Assembly (NCBI GenBank): GCA_042408215.1
Contig: JAYFMW010000028.1
Coordinates: 64,001 to 128,000, forward strand
From: Microcoleus sp.
Lineage (GTDB): Bacteria; Cyanobacteriota; Cyanobacteriia; Cyanobacteriales; Microcoleaceae
Length of the DNA: 64,000 bases
Direction: 5' to 3'
Part shown: one piece after another, positions 24,552 to 34,944 of the stretch
How positions within the stretch are numbered: the first letter of the stretch is position 1
Layout of the letters: each line of letters opens with the position of its first letter
Position numbers and translations under genes: made by a program
Notes under the pieces: model-generated
The model's database searches: none
What the model was told of the DNA's origin: nothing
The model's input: the letters and a program-made list of their open reading frames with translations, nothing else

Positions 24552-25214
24552 CTAACTTTGGCGGTAAGCAATTACCGCATAAAACGGATCGCCGCCTCCG
24601 ATTCCCAGCATTTGCATAAAACTCGGCAAGCTAGACTGCTTAGCAATTACTTCCGGCTTGCTAAATCCGGGTATATTCGCTCCTTTGACAGAATCAAAGT
24701 AACGCTTGACTAATTCTACCCGATCGCCCTCCGCTCCTTCTCGCCATGCCGCGATCGCCTTTTGATAAAACATCCGGTTAGAAAAGCTAAAAATCGCTAC
24801 TCCACCCGGTTTCAAGATCCGATGAATCTCGGCAAATATGGCATCTGGATACTGCAAATATTGTACTGAAACACAGTTGACAACGGCGTCAAATTCTGCA
24901 TCCGGCAAGGGCAACTTAGGATTTGCATTCAAATTCTGGACAAAATAACGATTGAACCGAGGATTTTTGGCCAACTCTTGTTGATTCAATCCATGTCCTT
25001 CAACCTGGGCAAATTCCATCTCTTCGGGTAGATGAGAAACCCAACTGCTCATCATATCAAAAATCCGAGTATTCGGTTTCAGGCGTTCCCGATACAAGTC
25101 GGTTAATTGCTGAATGAATCCCTCGTCTACGTGCGTCACAAACCGAGGAGAGGCATAGAACAATGTATCGTCGGTGTCGTCTAACTTGGTGCGCTGATTG
25201 CCTTTGAGTAACAT
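24552..25214 (-). CDS. Class I SAM-dependent methyltransferase
   Basis: FYASPRFVTHVD, DMMSSWVSHLP, SVQYL, RILKPGG, FSNRMF. Confidence 0.85.
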   Translation of the reverse strand: MLLKGNQRTKLDDTDDTLFYASPRFVTHVDEGFIQQLTDLYRERLKPNTRIFDMMSSWVSHLPEEMEFAQVEGHGLNQQELAKNPRFNRYFVQNLNANPKLPLPDAEFDAVVNCVSVQYLQYPDAIFAEIHRILKPGGVAIFSFSNRMFYQKAIAAWREGAEGDRVELVKRYFDSVKGANIPGFSKPEVIAKQSSLPSFMQMLGIGGGDPFYAVIAYRQS

Positions 25215-25382
25215 AATCTGCGATCGCGATCGTAACTTTACCGTTCCTATTTTAAGAACAATTAAGAAATGTAAACACATTCCGCAGCCCGGACATCCGG
25301 CACTCCGTTGCTGTGAGGCGCGATCGATCGTGGTATTGAAAGCTACACATCCTCCGCAGCGCCACAGTCTGCGAGTGAACCC

Positions 25383-25515
25383 GCGAGTCCGCCGGGGACT
25401 TAAGTCCCCGCCTCACAGCTAAAGTCCACTTTAAGTGGACTAAAAAGCGGTGGTAGTCTCGATCGAATGATTCAGCATCCCACTTGTTAAGCTTGAGTCT
25501 CCGGCGGATTCCCGC
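25383..25515. repeat. REP/MITE-like multi-hairpin element in a divergent promoter region
   Basis: Outer gcgagtccgccgg...ccggcggattcccgc with inner ggggacttaagtcccc and agtccactttaagtggact palindromes. Confidence 0.6.
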
Positions 25516-25615
25516 TTTTAGCATAGCTTTCGCCCTCAAAAAATCTGCTTGCGCCTCCTTGACAAAACCCCAAAAATATCATACTCTAATCATACGGACA
25601 CTAAGCAATAAACCA

Positions 25616-26086
25616 ATGGTTACTACATCCACTGTCGATCGCACATATCTAGGTCAGTGGCACGACGTTCTCGCCCCCCACAGCCTGGGCTACCGGCTCA
25701 AACTGCTGGGGCAGCTAGTTACTCGCAGGCTGCAAGAGGTACTCGAACCCTTTGGATTGACACCTTTTCACTGGCTGGTACTGTGCTGCTTGTGGCAAGA
25801 AGACGGTTTAGCGACTTCCAGCATAGGCGACAAACTGCAACAGGTAGGTGGTACGCTGACTGGTGTAATCGATCGCATGGAAGAAAGAGATTTAGTCCGC
25901 CGTTCGAGAGACACCCGCGATCGCCGCATTTGGCGAATTTGGCTGACCGACTCAGGCAGGGGACTGCAAGACGTACTGCCGCCACTGGTAGATCAGATCA
26001 GAGAGAAGTCAATGACTGGAATTGCCCTGGCCGATCGAGAACGCTTCTCAGAACTGATCGATCTGGCGATCGTCAATCTTTCCTAA
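25616..26086 (+). CDS. MarR-family transcriptional regulator
   Basis: GLTPFHWLVL, TLTGVIDRME..DLV.R.RD.RDRR..RIWLT..GR. Confidence 0.9.
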   Translation: MVTTSTVDRTYLGQWHDVLAPHSLGYRLKLLGQLVTRRLQEVLEPFGLTPFHWLVLCCLWQEDGLATSSIGDKLQQVGGTLTGVIDRMEERDLVRRSRDTRDRRIWRIWLTDSGRGLQDVLPPLVDQIREKSMTGIALADRERFSELIDLAIVNLS

Positions 26087-26249
26087 ACCGAAAAATCAAT
26101 CTCACGGAGGTCGCGCCACAGCATCTACCCCTACTAGACTACAAATAACCGCAAAATACTACGCACTCTTAAAAACAGCAGTCTTAATAAATAAATACTA
26201 CGCACTCTAACCAAACGGCATCTTATAAAAATCTCAGGAGTCAACTACC

Positions 26250-27924
26250 ATGAAACCCACCAAGGAAATCAACCCAGCAGAATTCAACGGTAACGGCAAA
26301 CCAGTCGCGCTATTAGAAAAGCCGATCGACGACACACAAGCTAAAATAGTACCCGTAACGCCCGCAGAGCCAGAAATCAGCGCCCCCACCGATGTCAAAA
26401 CAGGCGCAGAAACAGCACTCCAAGCACCCAGATCAGTGGCTGCAACACCGCAGAAAAAGTCCAAGAAACCACTGATTTTCGCCGTATTGGGAGTAGGTGC
26501 GATCGCCGCCAGCAGCTTCGGCTATCAATACTGGCAATACGCCTCCATCCACCAAGAAACCGAAAACGCCACAGTTGCCGGACACATCCACCAAATCAGC
26601 AGCCGCATCAACGGTACTGTTGGCGAAGTCACCGTAGAAGACAACCAACAAGTAAAACCCGGACAACTGCTAATCAAACTCGACCCCCGCGACTACCAAG
26701 TTAAAGTCCAACAAGCCCAAGCAGCCTTAGAAAACGCCCGTCGCCAAGCCGAAGCAGCAAAAGCCAATATTTCCCTAGCCTCTCAAACCAGCCAAGGCAA
26801 AACAGCACAAGCCCAGGGAGATATCAGCGGTGCAAACGCTGCCATTTCCACCGCCCAAGCAGCACTCAGAGAAGCCCAGCAAGGCGTGCCCGCAGCGGAA
26901 GCTACCGTTGCCCAAGCCCAAGCCGGCGTATCCGTCGCGATCGCCAAAGTCGCCCAAGCCCAAGCCGGAATTCCCCAAGCTGAAGCCAAAGTCACCGAAG
27001 CCGCAGCCGGAATTGCCCAAGCGCAAGCTCAGCTAGTGCAAGCACAGGCTAATCTTGTCAAAACGCAAGCTGATTATAAACGATATGAAGAGCTTGCAGT
27101 CTCAAGGTGCGATCGCCCGCCAGCAACTAGACTCCGCCAAAGCAGCCTACGATGTAGCTGTCGGCCAAACTACCGCAGCCCAACAAGGAATTGCCCAAGC
27201 CAGAGCGCGCTTAGCCCAAGCCACCGAAGGCGTAAAACAAGCTCAAGCCACAGTAGCGCAAGCCCAAGAAGGCGTAAAACAAGCTCAAGCCGAAGTAGCG
27301 CGCTCCCAAGTCGGCATCGCCAGCGCTGAAGCCAAAGTCGCCCTAGCCCAAGAAGGGATCGCCAGCGCCCAAGCAAAACTTGCGACATCCAAGGGCGGAT
27401 TGCAACAAGCCGAAGCTACGGGAGAACAAACTAAGGTCAGTCGATCGCAGTATGATGCGGCCAAGGCTGCGATCGCCCAATCGGAAGCCTCGGTTAAAGA
27501 CGCTCAACTGCAACTTTCCTACACGAAGATCACCGCACCCGCCGCCGGAAAAATCGGCCGCAAATCCGTTGAAGTGGGCCAGCGGGTGCTGTCGGGAACG
27601 CCTTTAATGGCGATCGTAAGTAACGATTTATGGGTAATTGCCAACTTCAAAGAAACGCAACTGGCAAACATCAAACCAGGTCAAAAAGTAGAAATCAAAT
27701 TAGATGCTTTTGGTAGCCATAAATTTGAGGGCAGAGTTGATAGTTTCTCCCCAGCTTCTGGCGCTCAATTTTCCTTATTACCTCCCGATAATGCTACGGG
27801 AAATTTCACCAAAATCGTGCAGCGGATTCCTGTCAAAGTTGTATTTGATGCCGCAAGTATTAAAGGCTACGAATCGCGGATTGCACCGGGGATGTCTGCT
27901 ACGGTAAATGTTGAACTTAAATGA
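26250..27924 (+). CDS. EmrA/HlyD-family efflux adaptor, split by a +1 frameshift at ~27088
   Basis: TENATVAGH..ISSRING.V in ORF1; ANFKETQL and LLPPDNATGNFTKIVQRIPV in ORF2; removing one base of tatgaagagc restores YKRYESLQSQGAIARQQLD. Confidence 0.85.
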
Positions 27925-28006
27925 AGGAAGGACTTACGCAGAACCTCTGTATGTAGGGTGCTTATGGGCGCACATTGGTGTCAACTTAAGCCTAAAACCT
28001 TGTTTC

Positions 28007-29158
28007 TGGTAATTATGCACAGACTAAGAAACCCGGTTTCTGGGAATTACGCACAGCCTAAGAAACCCGGTTTCTACGATAATTTTGGTTGGGAGACGAA
28101 AAATCTGGCAAGAAACCGGGTTTCTGGGAATTACGCACAGCCTAAGAAACCCGGTTTCTACGGAATTACGCACAGACTAAGAAACCCGGTTTCTACGATA
28201 ATTTTGGTTGGGAGACGAAAAATCTGGCAAGAAACCGGGTTTCTGCGGAATTACGCACAGACTAAGAAACCCGGTTTCTACCCACAGCCTAAGAAACCCG
28301 GTTTCTACGATAATTTTGGTTGGGAGACGAAAAATCTGGCAAGAAACCGGGTTTCTGGGAATTACGCACAGCCTAAGAAACCCGGTTTCTACCCACAGAC
28401 TAAGAAACCCGGTTTCTTCGATAATTTTGGTTGGGAGACGAAAAATCTGGCAAGAAACCGGGTTTCTGGGAATTACGCACAGCCTAAGAAACCCGGTTTC
28501 TACCCACAGCCTAAGAAACCCGGTTTCTACGATAATTTTGGTTGGGAGACGAAAAATCTGGCAAGAAACCGGGTTTCTGGGAATTACGCACAGCCTAAGA
28601 AACCCGGTTTCTACGGAATTACGCACAGCCTAAGAAACCCGGTTTCTTCGATCATCTGCGTTGGGAGACGAAAAATCTGGCAAGAAACCGGGTTTCTGGG
28701 AATTACGCACAGACTAAGAAACCCGGTTTCTACGGAATTACGCACAGACTAAGAAACCCGGTTTCTACGATAATTTTGGTTGGGAGACGAAAAATCTGGC
28801 AAGAAACCGGGTTTCTGGGAATTACGCACAGCCTAAGAAACCCGGTTTCTACCCACAGCCTAAGAAACCCGGTTTCTTCGATAATTTTGGTTGGGAGACG
28901 AAAAATCTGGCAAGAAACCGGGTTTCTGGGAATTACGCACAGCCTAAGAAACCCGGTTTCTACCCACAGCCTAAGAAACCCGGTTTCTTCGATAATTTTG
29001 GTTGGGAGACGAAAAATCTGGCAAGAAACCGGGTTTCTGGGAATTACGCACAGCCTAAGAAACCCGGTTTCTACGGAATTACGCACAGACTAAGAAACCC
29101 GGTTTCTACGATAATTTTGGTTGGCATACTAAAGCTCTGAAAATAAACCCGGTTTCTG
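28007..29158. repeat. Mosaic (BIME-like) tandem array of AAGAAACCCGGTTTCT palindromic modules; ~10 higher-order units of 111 or 119 bp
   Basis: Long module gataattttggttgggagacgaaaaatctggcaagaaaccgggtttct at ~28078, 28197, 28308, 28420, 28531, 28650, 28769, 28880, 28991, 29110; single copies of the palindrome at ~17735, 49897, 51385. Confidence 0.92.
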
Positions 29159-29302
29159 GGAATATTGTCCCCTAAAACTAACAATATTAAACTCTCATTA
29201 TATCACAAATTGTAATTTTTTTGCAAACTAAACAACTCTATGGTATACTAGAAGATTGTGAATATTAATCAAAAGTAAAGTAACAAGCCCGGAGAAATCA
29301 AA

Positions 29303-29440
29303 ATGACACAGCAAACCCTGCACGGAACCAGCCGCAAAAGAAAAAGAACATCCGGTTTTCGCGCCAGAATGCGTACCGCAACCGGTCGATTAGTCATCAA
29401 GGCCCGCCGCAGCAAAGGTCGCCATCGCCTCGCAGTCTAG
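29303..29440 (+). CDS. rpmH: 50S ribosomal protein L34 (45 aa; not in ORF track)
   Basis: Manual translation [45 protein letters not shown]; upstream of rnpA. Confidence 0.96.
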   Translation: MTQQTLHGTSRKRKRTSGFRARMRTATGRLVIKARRSKGRHRLAV

Positions 29441-29482
29441 CACTGCATGAAGCGTTGAGGGGCATACCCGATCGCAGCCACT

Positions 29483-29887
29483 ATGTTGCCCGATACAAAC
29501 CGACTCAAGCACCGAAAAGACTTCAGCGCCGTCTACCGCAAAGGAATGCGCCGCAACTCCGCTCATCTAAGTTTAAGAGCTCTGCGTAAACCAAAAAGCG
29601 CTTGCTTAACCAAACCGACAGCGGAAAAATCCTTGCAGCCCACTCGCACAGGCATTTCTATCAGCCTGAAAGTCAGCAAGCGCGCCGTAGTCCGCAACCG
29701 GATCAAGCGCCAGATTCGGGCTGCTTTGCGACAGCTATTGCCCAGATTAAAATTCGGGTGGGATTTAATAATTGTGGTGCGACCGACCGCACAAGAGTGC
29801 AATTATGCAGAAATTCTGCAAGAATTAGAGCAGTTGTTGGTAGAAGCCGAGGTACTAGATGGGAATTCGAGAGGATGTATTTTATGA
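29483..29887 (+). CDS. rnpA: Ribonuclease P protein component
   Basis: NRLK..KDF..VY, KVSKRAVVRNRIKR. Confidence 0.95.
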   Translation: MLPDTNRLKHRKDFSAVYRKGMRRNSAHLSLRALRKPKSACLTKPTAEKSLQPTRTGISISLKVSKRAVVRNRIKRQIRAALRQLLPRLKFGWDLIIVVRPTAQECNYAEILQELEQLLVEAEVLDGNSRGCIL

Positions 29888-30251
29888 AGGCGGGCCCGCG
29901 CCCGGTGACTTGATCGTTAACTTACTCCTGGGGCTGACTGTGGTGGGAATTCCCCTCGCAGTGGGAGCAATTGTCCGGGCTCTGTGGCTGCGTTACCGGA
30001 TCACCAGTCGCCGAGTGTCCATAACTAGCGGCTGGATGGGGCGCGATCGCACAGATGTGATCTACTCAGACATAGTAAAAATCGTAACAGTACCACGCGG
30101 TTTTGGCAGTTACGGAGACATGGTGATCACCCTGAAAAGTGGCAGCCGCTTGGAACTCAGAGCCATTCCGAGATTCCGAGAAATGTACGACTACATTAAC
30201 GAAAAACTGCCCGCAGCAGCTCAAAAAGCAAATGCAGCCAAGAATAAATAA
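29859..30251 (+). CDS. Bacterial PH-domain membrane protein
   Basis: TM helix then RYRITSRRV...GWMGRDR; usual position between rnpA and yidC in cyanobacteria. Confidence 0.85.
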   Translation: MGIREDVFYEGGPAPGDLIVNLLLGLTVVGIPLAVGAIVRALWLRYRITSRRVSITSGWMGRDRTDVIYSDIVKIVTVPRGFGSYGDMVITLKSGSRLELRAIPRFREMYDYINEKLPAAAQKANAAKNK

Positions 30252-30450
30252 TAGCTTCGCCCTCAAATCACGGTGAAGTTAGTGCGAGTATTGGCACATC
30301 CCTTATCCAAAACCCGAAGAGCGGGCAGTCGATCGAGAGGGCAATGTCCTAAGATAGAGACAAAAGTCTAAAAGTTGAGACAGCCCGTATCCAGCGGTGG
30401 CCAAGAGTTCTCAACAGTAAACACAGAGCACCTAAATTAACTCAAAGCGA

Positions 30451-31599
30451 ATGGATTTTGGTATCTCGTTTCTTTCCAATAACTTAATGCTGCCGATCCT
30501 AGATTTTTTCTACGGTATCGTGCCCAGCTACGGTTTAGCGATCGTAGCTCTAACCCTCGTGATTCGCTTTGCTCTTTATCCTCTCAATGCAGGCTCTCTC
30601 CGCAATATGCGGCGCATGAAAGTAGCGCAGCCATTGATGAAAGAGCGAGTAGATCAAATTCAAAAACTCTACAAAGACAATCCTGCCAAACAGCAGGAGG
30701 AAATGAGCAAGGTATACAAAGAATTCGGTAATCCTCTAGCAGGATGCTTCCCATTAGTGCTGCAAATGCCAGTGCTGTTTGCGCTGTTTGCAACCCTCAG
30801 GGGTTCGCCGTTTTCGGACATAAATTACAGCGTTAACGTCCAAGTCTTGCCCAAAGAACAAATCGAAACTGTTCAACCGCAAGCCTTTGCTACGCCACCC
30901 CAAAATATTTACGTCACAGGTACTTTTCACGCTCCAATTATTGGCGTAATTCCAGGCGGCGACAAACTCGCAGTCGGCGACAAAAGCAAGATTGAATTTC
31001 AAACCCCAGAGGGCAAACCTCTCAACGCCGTAGCGACAGAAAATAAGAGCGAAATAGACTTTGCGCCCCGGTGGAAAGTCATCAAAGGCGAAGAACTGGT
31101 ACAAGTAGATGAACAGGGCAATATCACAGCCTTAGCACCCGGTGAAGCCACAGTTCAAGGCACAATCCCCGGATTAGCTACTAAGAAAGGATTCCTGTTT
31201 ATAGAAGCCCTAGGCCGCGTTGGTGCGATCGACCCTGACGGTACAATCCACTGGGATATTTTGGTCATGATCCTCGGCTTTGGTATTAGTTTGTACATCA
31301 ACCAAACCCTTTCGGGACAAGCACAAGGACCAAACGACAATCCCCAGCAGGCGACAGTCAACAAACTAACGCCAGTCATCTTTTCCGGGATGTTTTTGTT
31401 CTTCCCCCTGCCCGCAGGCGTGTTGATGTATATGCTGATTGCTAACATCTTCCAAACAGTTCAGTCGTTCATTTTGTCGCGAGAACCGCTCCCCGAAAAC
31501 TTGCAAAAAATAGTGGACGAAGCAGAGGCGAAAACCAAAAAAGAGCAGGGATTAGATTCACTTCCCTTTGAACCCGGTCGTTCTAAGAAAAAGGCTTGA
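30451..31599 (+). CDS. yidC: Membrane protein insertase YidC
   Basis: [43 protein letters not shown]. Confidence 0.96.
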   Translation: MDFGISFLSNNLMLPILDFFYGIVPSYGLAIVALTLVIRFALYPLNAGSLRNMRRMKVAQPLMKERVDQIQKLYKDNPAKQQEEMSKVYKEFGNPLAGCFPLVLQMPVLFALFATLRGSPFSDINYSVNVQVLPKEQIETVQPQAFATPPQNIYVTGTFHAPIIGVIPGGDKLAVGDKSKIEFQTPEGKPLNAVATENKSEIDFAPRWKVIKGEELVQVDEQGNITALAPGEATVQGTIPGLATKKGFLFIEALGRVGAIDPDGTIHWDILVMILGFGISLYINQTLSGQAQGPNDNPQQATVNKLTPVIFSGMFLFFPLPAGVLMYMLIANIFQTVQSFILSREPLPENLQKIVDEAEAKTKKEQGLDSLPFEPGRSKKKA

Positions 31600-31606
31600 T
31601 GTTAAC

Positions 31607-32080
31607 ATGAAAGACAGTCAAATGCAGCGCGGACAGCAATGGTTAGAAGAACTGCTACAACTGTCCGCAATTCCCTCAAGGGTAATAGGGCAAAAGCAAG
31701 AAGATTGCTATTGGATGACAATAGATGAAAGCAATCTGACTCCCGAAGAAATTGCAATTTTGGTAGGCCCAAATGGTAATGTACTAGATGCCATTCAGTA
31801 CCTCTGCAACACGGTTCTGAATATAGCTCACGAACCAGATGAGCCCATTGCTTACACAGTTGAACTCAATGGCTATCGAATTCGTCGCCAAGAGGAATTG
31901 CGCTCAATGGCACAATACGCAGCAGAGCAAGCCCGCACAACAGGAGTTGAAGTTGAAATCAAATCCTTATCTTCGGCAGAAAGGCGTCAAATACACAACT
32001 TTTTGAGCGAATGTGAGGATCTAGAAACTTACAGTCAAGGACAGGATGCCGATCGCAGATTGGTAGTGCGGCTGCGTTGA
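31607..32080 (+). CDS. jag: Jag/KhpB KH-R3H RNA-binding protein
   Basis: LVGPNGNVLDAIQYL, LSSAERRQIH (R3H); downstream of yidC. Confidence 0.88.
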   Translation: MKDSQMQRGQQWLEELLQLSAIPSRVIGQKQEDCYWMTIDESNLTPEEIAILVGPNGNVLDAIQYLCNTVLNIAHEPDEPIAYTVELNGYRIRRQEELRSMAQYAAEQARTTGVEVEIKSLSSAERRQIHNFLSECEDLETYSQGQDADRRLVVRLR

Positions 32081-32198
32081 CGGTGGAAAGGAGCGATCAA
32101 AAAGAAAAAAGGATAAAGGAGAAAGGATAAAGTGAAAAAATAGCTTTTCCTTTTGAATTTTACCTTTTACTTTGAGAACAGAAAGGCGAAAGATTAAT

Positions 32199-32714
32199 AT
32201 GGAGACAATTTATATCCCTCATCTACTCCACAAATCTGAGCGGAAAGAGGCGATCGAATTTGAAGAATTTATACCCGATTTAGAAACTCTCACTCCGGTG
32301 CGAGGTAGCTTGGAAGTGACACACCAAGGAAATTATCTGGAGGTGAAAGGGAAAGCAGAAACCATTGTCACCCTCACCTGTCACAGATGCCTGAAACAGT
32401 ACAATCACCGCTTGAGACTCAAATCATCGGAATTAATCTGGCTAGATGAATCAGTCACTCAGCCAGATTCAAGATCGGGAGAAATAGAAGTTGATTTAGA
32501 AGATTTGGTGGAAACTTTGCCACCTAACGGTCACTTTGAACCAAGAGACTGGATCTACGATCAATTATGTCTGGAAGTGCCCCACAAACAGATCTGCGAT
32601 CCTAAATGTGCGGGAATCATTTTAAATGATGATGCTCCAAATACAGAAAGCTCAGAAACTATATCTGACAGCCGTTGGGCATCTCTGAAGTCACTTAAAC
32701 AACAACTGCCTTAG
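32199..32714 (+). CDS. DUF177/YceD family protein
   Basis: CHRCL, C..KC.G and DSRWASL motifs. Confidence 0.88.
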   Translation: METIYIPHLLHKSERKEAIEFEEFIPDLETLTPVRGSLEVTHQGNYLEVKGKAETIVTLTCHRCLKQYNHRLRLKSSELIWLDESVTQPDSRSGEIEVDLEDLVETLPPNGHFEPRDWIYDQLCLEVPHKQICDPKCAGIILNDDAPNTESSETISDSRWASLKSLKQQLP

Positions 32715-32725
32715 TTATTTTACTA

Positions 32726-32886
32726 ATGACGAATTACGAATGACGAATTACGAATGACGAATTACGAATGACGAATTACGAATGACGAATTACGAATGAC
32801 GAATTACGAATGACGAATTACGAATGACCAATGACCAATGACTAATGACTAATGACTAATGACTAATGACTAATGACTAATGACTA
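32726..32886. repeat. STRR array: (ATGACGAATTACGA)x7 then ATGACCA/ATGACTA heptamers running into the ycf46 start
   Basis: Visible tandem repeats. Confidence 0.9.
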
Positions 32887-34388
32887 ATTTTAGTGATGAA
32901 TTTGAACTGCTGTTACGATCGCGCTACCCCCTAATCTACATTCCCACAAGGGAGGAAGAACGGGTAGAAGTGGCGATCGCCCACAGTGCCAAAAAACAGG
33001 GCGCTCGCGCTGTCTACATCTGGGATTTTGTTGACGGCTACCAAGGTAATCCCAACGATGCAGGTTTTGGCAAGCGCAACCCCTTACAAGCTTTGGAATT
33101 TATCGAAAAGTTGCCCGCAACCGCGCCGGCAATCTTTATTCTGCGCGATTTTCAGCGGTTTTTAGAAGATGTGGCAATTTCCCGCCAACTGCGGAATTTG
33201 GCGAGACGCCTCAAATCTCAACCCAAAAATATTGTCATCGTATCTCCGATCGTTTCGATCCCGGAAGACCTCAGCGAAGCGATCACTGTCTTGGAGTTTC
33301 CCTTGCCTGCGGCGGCGGAAATCAAAATTGAGGTGGAAAAGCTGTTAGGGGCGATCGGACAGGCGATAGAAGGGCATTTGGTGGATGAAATGGTGCGCTC
33401 CTGTCAAGGGTTGTCGATCGAACGAATTCGGCGAGTTTTGGCAAAGGCGATCGCCACCAAAGGCGAACTCCATACCGACGACGCAGAACTGATTTTAGAA
33501 GAAAAACGCCAAACTATCCGCCAAACTCAAATTCTAGATTTTTACCCAGCCCGCGAAAATATCTCCGATATCGGCGGTTTGGACAATCTCAAAGAATGGC
33601 TGCTGCGGCGCGGTGGTGCTTTTTCCGATCGCGCGCGCCAATACGGTTTACCCCATCCCAGAGGTTTGTTGTTGGTCGGAATTCAAGGAACCGGAAAATC
33701 TTTAACTGCAAAGGCGATCGCCCACCACTGGCATTTACCCCTACTGCGTTTGGATGTCGGGCGTCTGTTTGCTGGATTAGTCGGGGAATCTGAATCCCGC
33801 ACCAGACAAATGATTCAGCTAGCGGAAGCTTTAGCGCCTTGCGTGCTGTGGATTGATGAGATTGACAAGGCTTTTGCGGGATTAGATGGTAGAGGCGATT
33901 CGGGGACAACTAGCCGGGTGTTTGGAACTTTTATAACTTGGCTGGCCGAAAAAACTTCCCCTGTATTTGTAGTTGCAACTGCCAACAACATTCAGTCTTT
34001 GCCGCCAGAATTGCTCAGAAAAGGTAGGTTTGACGAAATATTTTTTGTGGGTTTACCTAGTCAGGAGGAACGGCGGGCGATTTTTGAGGTACATTTGTTG
34101 CGGCTGCGATCGCACAGCATCAAAAATTACGATGTAGAGCGCTTGGCTTACGAAACTCCAGATTTTTCAGGAGCCGAAATTGAGCAAACTTTGATTGAAG
34201 CCATGCACATTGGATTTAGCCAAAATCGAGACTTTACCACCGATGATATTTTAGAATCAGCTAGTCAGATGGTCCCCTTAGCCAGAACGGCTCAAGCACA
34301 AATCCAGTTTCTTCAAGATTGGGCTGCTGCGGGGAAAGCTCGTCTTGCTTCTCGATACGGCAGTTTAAGTCGCCGAATTCAGGGATAG
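32880..34388 (+). CDS. ycf46: Ycf46-family AAA+ ATPase
   Basis: LLLRSRYPLIYI.T.EEER, Walker A GIQGTGKS, Walker B LWIDEIDK, LLRKGRFDE. Confidence 0.9.
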   Translation: MTNFSDEFELLLRSRYPLIYIPTREEERVEVAIAHSAKKQGARAVYIWDFVDGYQGNPNDAGFGKRNPLQALEFIEKLPATAPAIFILRDFQRFLEDVAISRQLRNLARRLKSQPKNIVIVSPIVSIPEDLSEAITVLEFPLPAAAEIKIEVEKLLGAIGQAIEGHLVDEMVRSCQGLSIERIRRVLAKAIATKGELHTDDAELILEEKRQTIRQTQILDFYPARENISDIGGLDNLKEWLLRRGGAFSDRARQYGLPHPRGLLLVGIQGTGKSLTAKAIAHHWHLPLLRLDVGRLFAGLVGESESRTRQMIQLAEALAPCVLWIDEIDKAFAGLDGRGDSGTTSRVFGTFITWLAEKTSPVFVVATANNIQSLPPELLRKGRFDEIFFVGLPSQEERRAIFEVHLLRLRSHSIKNYDVERLAYETPDFSGAEIEQTLIEAMHIGFSQNRDFTTDDILESASQMVPLARTAQAQIQFLQDWAAAGKARLASRYGSLSRRIQG

Positions 34389-34482
34389 ACTTCCGAAGTC
34401 AGTAGTCAGATCTATTCCGGTTTCAGTCAGCAATGATTGTTTCGCCTTCTTCCTTCAATTGTCAATTAATTAATTGCGGTTT

Positions 34483-34944
34483 ATGAGCAGTTTATATAGT
34501 GTATTCAAATTTTTAGTGGGTTTTCTCTTAGCGATCGTACTCATGGCAGGTGCTAGCGTGGCTGCTGCACTTTACTTTGCGGCGAAGCTAACTACATTAC
34601 CTGAAAAACCTGTTTTTCCTAACGACAAAACAGCAGTTCAGATTGCCGGCGCTGGGCCGAAGTCAACAGTGAAAGCTAGCCCTGTTTCTGACTCTAGCGA
34701 CAGCCCCTCCCCCAAACCGCTGGAACCGGGAGCCTACAGAGCTATGGTAACTCAGCCGATCGGCTTGATTTTGCGGGATAGTGGTAGCCGAGACTCGAAC
34801 CGGATTGGCGGTGTTGGTTACAAGGAAAAAGTGGTGGTTTTGGAAGATTCGCCAGACAAACAGTGGCAGCGAATTCGGATTGAGGATGGTAATCGCGAAG
34901 GTTGGGTGAAGGGCGGTAATACTGAAAAAGTCGAGGGGGATTGA
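34483..34944 (+). CDS. Membrane-anchored SH3b-domain protein
   Basis: N-terminal TM; GLILRD..S..IGGVGY..VVVLE..W.RI...EGWVK. Confidence 0.82.
   Translation: MSSLYSVFKFLVGFLLAIVLMAGASVAAALYFAAKLTTLPEKPVFPNDKTAVQIAGAGPKSTVKASPVSDSSDSPSPKPLEPGAYRAMVTQPIGLILRDSGSRDSNRIGGVGYKEKVVVLEDSPDKQWQRIRIEDGNREGWVKGGNTEKVEGD

Noticed and set aside
26250..27924. HlyD as the secretion adaptor for the RTX protein
   Set aside because: The PPDNATGNFTK motif and adjacent MarR indicate an EmrA efflux type; no ABC exporter is adjacent.
27958..29093. Repetitive ORFs (e.g. 27958..28752) and a possible CRISPR
   Set aside because: Open frames on both strands arise from the palindrome array; no unique spacers.
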